Below, one piece after another: positions 47,701 to 59,400 of a stretch of 64,000 nt of DNA (position 1 is the stretch's first letter; each line of letters starts with the position of its first letter). The DNA comes from Octopus sinensis (taxonomy: Eukaryota). The notes beneath the pieces were generated by a model. It was not told where the DNA came from and did not search any database. It worked only from the letters and a program-made list of their open reading frames with translations. The stretch is taken from NCBI RefSeq assembly GCF_006345805.1, contig NC_043015.1, positions 38,750,001-38,814,000 on the forward strand, read 5' to 3'. Both the position numbers and the translations under genes were made by a program.

Positions 47701-49600
47701 TTTATTGAGCCAATAAAGCAAATATCTATCCATCCACAAGCTCCAACAGCCTCTGGCTCACAAAGGCTTTTGTTCTTAAAATAATAATAATAATAATAAT
47801 TGTGTACAGTGCTCAGGTGCACTACAACTCATCTAAAGTGTATATATAATCAGGTGTAGTTTCGGTGGATTTCGGAAAGCATGAGGGCCTTAAAAGATGC
47901 AGTGTCATGGCAGTCAACAACTGACGCAGGCAGTTTATTCCATGCTTCAGCAACTCTGAGCGTGAAAAAATGTTTCCGAAAGTCATGAGAGCTGTATTGT
48001 TTTCTGACTTTGTAGGCATGTCCACGTGTGTTAGACACATGGAGATCAAAAAGGTGTTCAGTGTTGTTGTTGGTGAGGTGGTTGATAACTTTGTGGTGTT
48101 TACCAAGTCCGTCGCCAGACGCCGGAGCTTCAGTGAATCCATGCCCAGGGAAACAAGGCGCTCAGAATATGGTAGGTGTCTGATGGAGGGTATGCGTTTG
48201 GTTGCACGTCTCTGGACAGATTCCAGGAGGTCAATGTTCTGTGCAAGATAGGGGTCCAAACTGATGATGCAAATTCCAAGTGTGGTCGTACCATAGCTGT
48301 ATACAGTTTTAAATAGATGGCTGGAGAGCGGCTAACAAAAGACCTGCTGAGTGATGCCAAGACACCCTCGGCCTTCCTGACAATCTTAGAGATATGCTTT
48401 GTCCAACGCAAATCACTGCTGACAGTGATGCCTAGGTCACGCTCGCAAGAGGATTTCTTGATATCAGTGTTGTGGAGGGAGTATGTGAACGCAGGGTTTT
48501 TTCTCCCAAAATGCATGGTGGTACACTTGTCCACAGCCAGTTTCAGTTGCCAGTCTGTGATCCATTGCTGCATTGTGTCTAGGTCTGATTGCAGGAAAGA
48601 GTTGTAGACATCAGGATCTGTCCTCTTGATTTCAAGGTACAGCTTGATGTCGTCTGCATATTTCAATACTGTGGCATTCTTTAAATTGGCATCTATGTCG
48701 TTAATGTATGCCACAAACAAGAGGGGACCAAGGACAGATCCCTGTGGTACACCCGATGACATCTCATATGGTGTAGAGTGCTGTCCTAGAACTGTGACAA
48801 CCTCCTTTCGGCTGAGGATGAAGGATTTCAACCAGTTAAAAAGGTCATCCCCCACCCCATTGCAGAGAGTTTCACCATAAGCCTTTTGTGTGGCACAGAG
48901 TTGAAAGCCTTAGCAAAGTCAAGGTAGACAACATCCACCCATGAGCCACTGTCAGTAATCTGAGTAATGTCCTCAAGGAACTCGACAAGCTGGTCACTGC
49001 AGCTGGAGTTAGGGACAAATCCATATTGTGAGGGTCGGATGAGACTGTGAGAGCTCCAGAAGTTCCAGAGTGTTTCTCTGACACACGATTCCATCAGTTT
49101 TGCAATACAGCTAGTGAGACTGACTGGGCGATAGTTGACAGGTGATGTGCGGTCGCCCTTTTTGAACAGAGGAATGCCACTTCTATGGCTACGACGTAGC
49201 TTAACTTCTCTCAACAATCAAATTACGTATCAAAGCTTTCCCTTCTGTTCCTTGCCTTCAAACCACAAAATACAATCTTTGTTGAGTCCTCTGCTCCAGA
49301 ATTGCTACTCTTGGAATTCCCTTTCTGCCACTGTAGAATTTCAAACTAAAAACCAAACTTACCGATTTGAGAGGACCTTCTAAAATAATAGGTATTACTC
49401 CATCTCTAACTAATTAAAAAATAATTATGGTTTGGACATTTGCATTGAATATAGTCTTTGTTTTTTGTTAAGCATGCGTATTACTCTCGTTCTTTAATAT
49501 GTGTTTTTCTAATTTCAGATGTCATGTATGTCACAAGGAGTTCACAACAATGCCAGCTCTCAAACAACATATCACTCAACATGATTATTCCAGCAAATAA
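41612..49600 (+). CDS. APTX: Aprataxin (HIT + C2H2 zinc finger, no FHA), 6 exons, 203 aa
   Basis: join(41612-41782,42573-42691,44103-44156,45635-45738,46331-46412,49519-49600) = 612 nt. Motifs [56 protein letters not shown]...LKQHITQH. Confidence 0.96.
42573..42691 (+). CDS. APTX: APTX exon 2
   Basis: [10 protein letters not shown]...LLKHMH. Confidence 0.95.
44103..44156 (+). CDS. APTX: APTX exon 3
   Basis: [17 protein letters not shown]. Confidence 0.93.
45635..45738 (+). CDS. APTX: APTX exon 4 (HIT motif)
   Basis: [33 protein letters not shown]. Confidence 0.95.
45784..46118. repeat. Long intronic inverted repeat (~145-bp arms) with hammerhead-variant motif (family D)
   Basis: 'aagcatattctgttgtgtctggggagagtcattttc' versus 'gaaaatgactctccccagacacaacagaatatgctt'; motif at 45885-45921(-). 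Confidence 0.85.
46331..46412 (+). CDS. APTX: APTX exon 5
   Basis: [28 protein letters not shown]. Confidence 0.92.
47781..49176 (-). mobile_element. 5'-truncated copy of the same CR1/L2-clade LINE in APTX intron 5
   Basis: Nearly identical to 16405-17806; RT motifs [10 protein letters not shown] and YADD; (ATT)n tail. Confidence 0.95.
49519..49600 (+). CDS. APTX: APTX exon 6 (zinc finger, stop)
   Basis: [26 protein letters not shown]. Confidence 0.95.
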
Positions 49601-50570
49601 ATCTAGCTTCATATATTTACGTAATAAAGTATATAAATGTGTTCTTTTGTTTGATTTTTTTTTGAGGAGGAAATCTGAAATACTTTCTGACATTTCCCAT
49701 GTTACTTTATACCAACACTCTCTCCTAAGGAGTGTTCCTTAGTCTGCATTGCTTTATATTCACAATGGATTATGTCATGGTTGGTATTAACATATAACAG
49801 ACATAATGGAATCCCACACTGAACAAAGTTAATATTTCATTATGTGTGTGTGGGTCAAAGTGCTCAATGCACGTTTGTGATGGAAGGGGACAGATTCTGA
49901 TGTATAACCCTCTATACACGTGATTTAATCCATAAGTGGTTTCGTATAAGTAATCTAAACCGATAAAGCTGACAAAGAAATGTCTATTTTTCCAAAGTTA
50001 TATAAACAGACCACTGCGTCTCCAGTTGATTATCGTACAACTGGGGATTACTGTTGTCTTTTCATGAAAGCATCATAAAGATTTAATTAAATATTTGATT
50101 GGTCATGTGATGCAGATGGATGCCAACAGCTTCATAAAGAAGTGCCTTATGGAAGACAGAGACCCAGGAATATATGGGACAAACTACAGGAAGGATGACT
50201 TCAGAATGTTGAACCTTTCAGATAATATGACAAAGGACTGGGATTAACTGGTAATAATTGAGATAACTCAAGAAGAACCAATTCTGCTAAAGGCATCCAA
50301 CAGCCTGGCAGTGTTGCCACAGATCAAATCCAATAATCCCAAATCCTTGATTCAGCTAAGTATTTCCATAGTTGCCATTTTTGATTAGAAAAATTTGGAA
50401 ACTACTATCTCTGCAACAGAACACTAAGTCACAATATTTGTTTTTACCAAATGAAACTCCAAAGTATTGAAAAAAATTCTTCATCTTGACGAACGAGAAG
50501 TTATTAAAAATGACTCACTTTATTATTGCATTATCGGTACATAATTGTTTTCAGCAGGTCACTAAAATAT

Positions 50571-50623
50571 TTATACAACATTGTTGTTGATCGCATGACT
50601 ACTGACTGAAGTTGTACCAAGTT
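50571..50623 (-). CDS. C11orf65: C11orf65-like putative terminal exon
   Basis: tttctattttcag acceptor, phase compatible, ELGTTSVSSHAINNNVV*; AATAAA on - strand at 50519-50524. Confidence 0.5.
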
Positions 50624-53458
50624 CTGAAAATAGAAATTAAGTTGAACGTTTTCAAATTGTAATTGATAAGTTTCAACTTTGAACTTTCTACATCACAAAG
50701 AAAAGACAAAAACTGAAGAGAAGATTGCTGTTAAGGAATTGAATGCTCTCACAAGAGCAGCAGAGACTGTTGCACTTGTGCTTATTGATCTTGCACAATG
50801 GAGACAGCTGTTCTCAAAGAATCACCAACCACAATAATAAGACAACAATATCATTTTTTTAAGGTTTAAAGTTATTTATTTGAAATAAATAGAAATATAG
50901 ATATTCCAGAATCATATTTGTTTGGCAAATGATTTGTACTGGATATTATACACTTCTGTGGTACAATACTAAGACAGGTAACTGAATCAGTGTACATATG
51001 ACAGTACAAACAGTTTCAATCATAAGTTTAAATGGGATAACACCAATGTACTGTATTTAAAAGTGTGTGTATATTCCCTCTACATCTCTCATCAAGTCTA
51101 TATACATATGAGGCAAGTGCTGAAAAGTCCTTGGCTTTGGGTAAAAGAAAATATGGTAGGGTCAGTTAATTATGATATTATTCAACATTTTCCCCTCAGA
51201 TTCACACATTGCAACAGTCTTTCAAGTTTTCTAAGCTCTGTAAAAGAACTTGGAACTTTGGGCCTCCAATCAGGCCTTTCCTGATACCTTTGAAACCAGG
51301 AACTTTTCAGTACCCTCTTGTACACTGTAACACCAGAGCTTATCCGAACAGAAAACAATGAAAATTAAATGACAGATCTTTAAGTCAGATTAGCAACTGC
51401 AGAGTCTTAAGTTTAGATCTTACTTATCCATGTTGCTGTCTATTTTTTTTTATAAAAGATAATATTTCTTTTAGCCATGCTAACAATAAATGTTTGATGC
51501 CAATTATTTTCTTAGCAAAACATTAAACACTTTTACTTTCTTTATTATTAATTGAATGAAAGATATCTCTCTCGAGTTTTAAGTGAGCATTGCTGAATCT
51601 AAATATCACAGTTGAGATTAGCAAAATACCTATTTCTTTACTACCCACAAGGGGCTAAACACAGAGGGGACACACAAGGACAGACAAACAGATTAAGTTG
51701 ATTATATCGACCCTAGTGTGTAACTGGTACTTATTTAATCGATCCCGAAAGGATGAAAGGTAAAGTCAACCTCGGTGGAATTTAAACTCAGAACGTAGCA
51801 GCAGATGAAATACTGCTAAGCATTTCTCCCAGCGTGCTAACATATCTACCAGCCCTTCCATGTAAAAATAAATCCAATAGTTTTAAAAGACTAGACAATA
51901 AGTATATTCTCTTTTACTTGTTTCAGTCATGTGACTGTGGCCATTCTGGAGCACTGCCTTTAGTCAAGCAAATCGACCCCAGGACTTATTCTTTGTAACC
52001 TAGTACTTATTCTATTGGCCTCTTTTGCCAAACTGCTAAGTTACGGGGACGTAAACACACCAGCATTGGCTGTCAAGCGATGTTGGGGCTGGGGGACAAA
52101 CATAGACACACAAACATATACACACACATATATATATACATATATATGATGGGCTTCTTTCAGTTTCCGTCTACCAAATGCACTCACAAGGCTTTGGTCA
52201 GCCCGAGGCTATAGTAGAAGACAGTTGCCCAAGGTGTCACACAGTGGGACTGAACCCGGAACCATGTGGTTGGTAAGCAAGCTACTTTCCACACAGCCAC
52301 TCCTATGCCTATTCTGTTTATAAATGTTTCAGAACTTATACTTAAAAGGCAATATTCCTGTAATATTTTGCAATTCAATTTTATCTATTTGGAGTTAAAT
52401 GGAAATAATTACAAAAACTTAATTAATACCTTACAACCATGAAGTTGCAAATAAAATCTGTTTAATGAAATAAATGACAAATACATTCTCACCACAAATA
52501 CTTGTGCCTGATTTTGTTGTCCCAATAAACTTCCAATCTTTTATATATCTGAAATGAAAAGTGTTATAAATGGAGTGAAGAGTACTCAATCATTTTGTAC
52601 AACATAACTTTCGTCCTTATCATCCTGTGCCGTACTGTCCAGGGCCTTGCTGACTACATTTTCACTCTGTGATGGATAGATAGATATGTTTCTTTATTAG
52701 CCACACAGACGGGACAGATTACAAAGTAGAGCTTTTCTTTTGGGGGAGAGGAAAAAAAAAAGTGGGGTAGGTTTTCGATCAAAAGGGATCGTAAAAGGCA
52801 AAGAAAAAAAAACAAAAAATGATCAATAGGGATCATGTATCACAGAAATGTTATGATGTAAAGTGTAAAGGGGGAAGCAGATAAGGTTTATCCCCTTTGA
52901 GAAACACTGATTTAACCTAAATTTGAGACACCAGCAAAAGAAGAAATACAGATAGACTTTTTTTCTATTCCAAAGAAAAACGATTTTATTCACTTTATCG
53001 ATCGCATTCTCACCTGGAATTGACTTTTGTAATTTTTTCAAGACTTATACACGCCCTGATACCATCGGTATCGACACATCAAATTTGAGTGCAATCGGAT
53101 GGAGGATGCCTAAGATCCTAGAAGACATACACACAGACAGACAGAACGGATTTTATATAAGAGATAAGGAAATAATTTACCCTTCAAAATCCAATGCCTC
53201 AACCCAATCAAGCAGATTATTCGCTTCACAGTGGTCTTCCTCGGAAGATAATTTCTCAAAGTCACCTCTGTACCTGAAATAGATGCTTTAATTAAAACGT
53301 TACCAGGTAAACCTTTAAAAGGAATAGCAACCAACTTATTTCTAGAATGGTTATTGGTGCAACAAAAAACAGGAAAATATCTGTACATGGGGAAATTCAT
53401 GCATGTGTGTGTATGTATGTATGTATCTATGTATGTGTGTATGTATGTATGTGTGTAT

Positions 53459-53496
<38 letters not shown>

Positions 53497-56400
53497 TTTA
53501 TTTAAAAGCAGCAGAAATATAACAAAAGCTGTTACTCGGAGTTTCACGTTCCCATTCGTCGGACTTATTTCATGAAACTCCGAGTAACAGCTTTTGTTAA
53601 ATTTCTGCTGCTTTTAAATAAAGCATATTACTCTACCCCTGGTATTTGAGTACTCTTTTTTCCACCTTATTCACATTTATGTGTTTACTCTGGTATATAT
53701 ATATATAGTTGGAATTTACAAAAAATACAAAAGATGAAGACAGGTGTGTAAACAACAAACAGGTGTATTAGTTTAATACTTGGGAAAGTGAGAAAGTCTT
53801 TTACATTTCGAGCCTACGCTCTTCAACAGAAAGGAACATGAGAAAATAAACAGAGAGAGAATTAAAGAAAGCTTTAGAGGCTAGTGGTCGATCATGGCGA
53901 TATATACACACACACACATTTTTCTTAGTTTCAAATTCAAATTTCTTATGAAGAAATGTGATTATATTATGAAGAAATTATCTTTTTCGTAATTAACTAA
54001 GACCATTAAGGCAAAGACAAGTTTGAATGAACATTAAAATATTAATAGTACATTAGAATTATGTCAATAGTTTATATCTGATGCAAAAATATTTTGTATA
54101 AATTTTACTTACAATTTTTTCTTCCATTCTATTTGAAGTAATTTCTTCCTTTGTTCAGCATTTTGTTTTCTCTTGAGCTACATTAAAAGATTTTCGTTTT
54201 AGTAAGTGTCTTTCATTAAAATGCTTTTGGTTTTTCTTGAAACTGGAGACAGACTACAAAGATATTCATCAAATAATCTCATATTTTAAAATTTGATGCA
54301 AAAGTTGCACTATCATAAACAAGCCACTTCCACCCCACTCTCAGGCTTTTTGAGAGGATACTGATGAGCTGTGGGCCCTCAAGCTGTTGCAATATCTGGT
54401 CCCATATCCTGACAGCAATGTTGGGATCTTTGACACTATGTGGTGGTTCTCTGTTCTGCTGTTTGTGTAACTTTCAATGCCAAAGTTAGGTACAAATCCT
54501 TCCAGGATTTTCCATGTGTGTATCAAAGCACACATGTATCTTTCCTGCCTTCATTCAAGGGAATAGTCTCCACTTTTTTCGGTCTTTTTTAGTAGCTGAC
54601 CAGTTGCACTGAGATGATCTTCTTTGTGTAGCTTCACTGAATTGATTCAAGTTCTGTCATTAATTTTACACTGTGTGGTAACCATAGTTGGGAATAACAG
54701 CTGTGGACAAATGTCCTCCAGAGGACCATCAAATTTTCCTGTTCTCTCATTCTCAAAGTTCTATGGATCCACCTGGCCAGCTGCCTGCATTTTATTGCCA
54801 ACTTAGTAATATACACCTGGAAGGCTGCATCATTGCTCATGTCGATGCCAAATGATGCTCTGATGTTGATTCAGGGATTGCAATCCCTCCTGGCCGAGTG
54901 TATCCTCTTTGCATTTCATTCAGCTTCATGTGCTGGTAGTGTAGAGCTCGGAATTTTCCAGTATTGAACTGTGTGTTACTGTCCTCAGCCCACCTGTACA
55001 TTGTCCACCTAGATATACGTTGCAGGTGTGCAACATCTTCATCAGTGTCGTTTTCAGATGGCATTTTTCATTTCTTTTGAGATGTTTCTTTAGGCAATTT
55101 GCAATATTTACCTATCATCTCATAAGAATTCTCCTCTCCCCAGGAAGAGGAAAATATTTGTGTGTTGGCCTCTTGCTCTGGAATAGACTTGATGTATATA
55201 GTAGGCCTCGAAACCGGTTTTATAAAACTGGTTAAAACCGGTTTTATATTATGATCCGTAAAACCGAAACCGATTTGCCAAAACCGATTATAAGGTTTGC
55301 TGTTTCGGATCTTTTCAATAAAAGATGTTTTATATAACACACTCTACCAGTATACGAAGTTTAAAAGTGTTTAGTTACAAATAACTATTTTTTAAACGTG
55401 CCCGTCAAAGTGAAAAGCTCCGCTGTTTCTTTTTTTTTTTTTTTTTTGTTAGTCTTTAGTCGAGTGATCTTTCCCGTTGAGCATATGTAATAACCAGTTC
55501 CAGATTCGTTTCAAGGAAGTAACACTAAATTTTTTGATAAAAAAAGTGAAGAGATCGCCATAACAGACGACAGTGATCGCCTTAACAGACGGTAGTGATG
55601 ATGAAGCTGACATAAGCCAACAAGACATACTTTGTCAAACAGATTTGGCTCACGAAAATGCTTGTTTTCCCCAGCTAAAACCTGAATTTAACAAAGTTTT
55701 AAATAAGGTAAGAAAAATTTCAAAACTTTTCCGTAAATCTCCTACAAAAAAAAAATGAAATTTTGCAAGATTTTGTAGGAGCGAACTTTGATAACAGAGA
55801 ATATAAACTTTTACTGGATTGCAGAACTCGGTGGAATGGCACATTCCATATAATTGAGAGATTTTTGGGAATTGAAAAGCTGCATTCCAAATGCTCTACG
55901 AGCAGAACTTTCCACAGATGCCCATCGCTGACGAAGAATGGAAAACTCTCGATTTACTATATGAAATTCTGCATCCAGTAGAAATTATTTTATGATACGG
56001 GTTTACTGAAAGAAGAATATTCTTTACAATTTTTATTGAATAAACTTAATAATTTCGGCAACCCTTTGGCTCTAAATCTTCGTGAAAGACTTATGCATAG
56101 ATATAATAAGAGAAGAAATGTCGAAAGCTTGACTCTCTTGAGGTATTTTTACATAACCCAAGGAAGTTTAAAGGTGAGTCAATTTCTGGACCTTTTCTTT
56201 TTTTTAACGAAACAACATTTCAGGAAGTATGCTGACCAAACATATAGGAGATTATTTCCTGAACATGATGCTGGGAACACAACAGAATTATACAAAGAAA
56301 ATGAAATAGGAGGGAACCTAAAAACAAGTGTTACTGTTGTCCCATCTACTTATGAAGGTAATGGACTCGTTCGTGAATACACAAGCGCAAGGAAGAATAT

Positions 56401-59400
56401 GAATGAAGAGCCCAAGATGGTAACAGATGCATTTGAAATCTCTAAAGAATTCGGGTACTATTTAAGAAGAGTGGTCCCGGTGCGCGCACTCGCGTACTTA
56501 CGCATCCGCGCTAGCTAGTCGTGACTAGTCGATCTTACAACGACTACCTAACAAAAGTAAATAAAACACAAAATGAATAATTTTTTTTACACAAAGTAAA
56601 TAATTTTTTTAAAACAAATAAAACACAAAGTAAGGCTCGACTAGTCACGACTAGCTAGCACGGATGCGCGAGTGCGCGCACCGGGACCACTCTTCTTAAG
56701 TAGTACCCGCGAAAACTGGATTTTAACCGGTTTTGAGAATTACTTATACTTGAACTCAGTTTTGGGAATTATCGATTTTTTGCGAGCCCTAGTATATAGC
56801 TTGCATTATGGGTTTGTCAGAGTTAGGGGTGGAGCGACATTTAGGCCAACCCTGTTTGAGGATCTCTTTCTCAATCAATTTCTAGTCTGCTTTGAAAGTT
56901 CAGACTGGGTTTAAATATGACAGCAGGGCCTCTGGTGTAAAGTACACACAGATGTAGACAGCAATTTCATAGTAACTCCTTTCTTTTCTGTCTGTTCATA
57001 ATACAACATACTTCAGTATGTATATTTCTGCATCCACTTTATCAAGTCTAAAATATGTTTCCCCGAGTGCTATACACAGAACTTGATGGCATGCAGCAAG
57101 ATCTCTCAAGAAAGAGATTTTTTGGTGGCGAGCTGGCAGAATCATTAGCATGACAGGCAAAATGCTTAGCGGTATTTCGTCTGCCGCTACAATCTGAGTT
57201 CAAATTCTGCCAGCTCGACTTCGCCTTTCATCCTTTCAGAGTCGATTAAATAAGTACCAGTTTTTTGGTTCTGTTGTTGAAGTGCAACAGACCTCTGGAA
57301 TTTAATTTTTTAAAAATGACTGTGATGCCTGTGTTGGTGTTAGGGGTGGTCATCCTGTATCTGTTGACTGTGGTTGCCTCGTGTGATAGTGATTGCAATT
57401 CCAAGCCTGAGCTCCATGTGGCCAGGTCAGCTGCTCCACAATCTTTTGTGCCGTGCACAAAAAGCTTTTGTTCAATTACTGCTTTTTTCACATCTGGGTG
57501 AAGCTGGTTGTTTGGGTTCCAGTATGTGGTGTTGTTTGCCAAATAAAATGTATTGCCAAATCTTTTTGAAATTTATTTTATCTAAACAGGGAACCGGAGA
57601 CATTTTTGGAAAAATTTGGATTCAGAAATATATAAGACCATAAAATAGATGCAGTAAAATATCCCAAGCACTGAATAGGATTCAATAATTGGCGTTTAAA
57701 TATTCATTCTTACATAACAACAATACAAGCAACAAAATCCAGCTAAATGTTAGATTAAAAGACTAATCTGGTTATAATGAAGATGGGAAGGTGAATGTTA
57801 AATTATGCTGAAGTCAGTCAATGAAGATACACTTTTGTAAGATGTCTACATTCTAAGAGAATGGAAACAAAGGAATCAGAAATATTGATTTTAACCCTTT
57901 CATTATCAACCCGGCTGAAACCGGCTCTGGCTCTGAGTACAAATGTCTTGTTTTCATAAGTTTTGAATTAACATCTTCCACCAAACCTTAGTCACAATTT
58001 ATGTTCCTAACACTAGCTCAATGATAACGAAGTTATTTTACTAAATTCTTTTGTTATATTTAAAATAATTAAAAGAAACACACAGCATCTCAAAATAAAT
58101 TTAGTAACGAAAGGGTTCAGCATAAACTGGCAAGCATATCTACCTTACTGGGGTGAAATAAATACTTTGTTTGCGACGATTCCAAAGTCAGTCGATCGTT
58201 TTTGTAATGGTAAAGGATGCGCCCAGACACCAGTCTCCAGCCGTTGTTTTCAGTACGCCGATACCAGTCACTCATATCTAAAAAATAAAAGGAAAACTAG
58301 GATTCCTTTAATGTTAAAACAAAACTGTTCAGTAATTGTCTGGGATATGTTACTTTTATCAAGATTATCATTATTTTTAATATTAACCTTATTATTCCTC
58401 ATTTTTAGAGATGATACATTTAATATTTATAACTTTACAAAATTTTAATCAATTTGATCTCTTGTAATTAGAACAGAATTCGAACCAGGAACCTTCATTT
58501 TGAATTATGGGCAGCCTTGATACTCTCATCTTCACTGTGACACTGGTATATGTATCTTTATTGTTACATTCTTAGAGTGAAGATTTTGGTGTCATATAAG
58601 TGTTAAAGCAGAAATATTAAACTATTAAATACCGTTTTTTGGAGCAAGAAAAATGTCATATTGTTTATTATTAGAATATAGTGCGAGAGGTAATTTCATG
58701 TTGTTGGTACAATAGTTTTTTGGACTGATAGCACAGACGTCAATAATATTCCTTTCCGTATATATCTTGTAGTAAACATTTGGAGGGAAACTACTCTATA
58801 AAATAATTAAAAAACAAAAAACAATTAATAACATCAAAAGAACTCATAAACATTCTCAGAAAACAACTTCATTAATGTGGGGTCCACTTAAAAACAATTA
58901 CTCTTTTATTAATTAATCAATGGATAAGTAATATCACAGATGTTTTTAGAGTGAAATTCTTCTATTTGGGATAAATATAAATGTTTATAAAGAGAAGTCT
59001 ATAATCACTTATCATATTATATATATTGGTTCTTCCAATAGGATGACAGTCAAACTCTTCTCTAATAACATTTAAATTCGTAACGTACAAATATATAATA
59101 CACACACACACACACACACAATGGGCTTCTTTCAGTTTTCATTAATTAAATTTATTCATAAAGCTTTGATTAGCCTGAGTCTATAGTGGAAGACACTTTC
59201 CTAAAGCCATTTGGTTGGGCAGCCAACTTCTTAACCACGCAGCCATACCTGCACCTACAAAATTGCTTCATTTAAGAAAACCTTTTAAATAAATCAGATT
59301 TTGCTGACAATTTTATCAAGAGAACATCAGTTATATAATACACATTTGTAACTGATGCATGGAGGTGCAATGGCCCAGTGGTTAGGGCAGTGGAATCATG

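Noticed and set aside
56036-56518. 160-aa ORF as a host gene
   Set aside because: A frameshifted hAT transposase remnant that runs into a MITE
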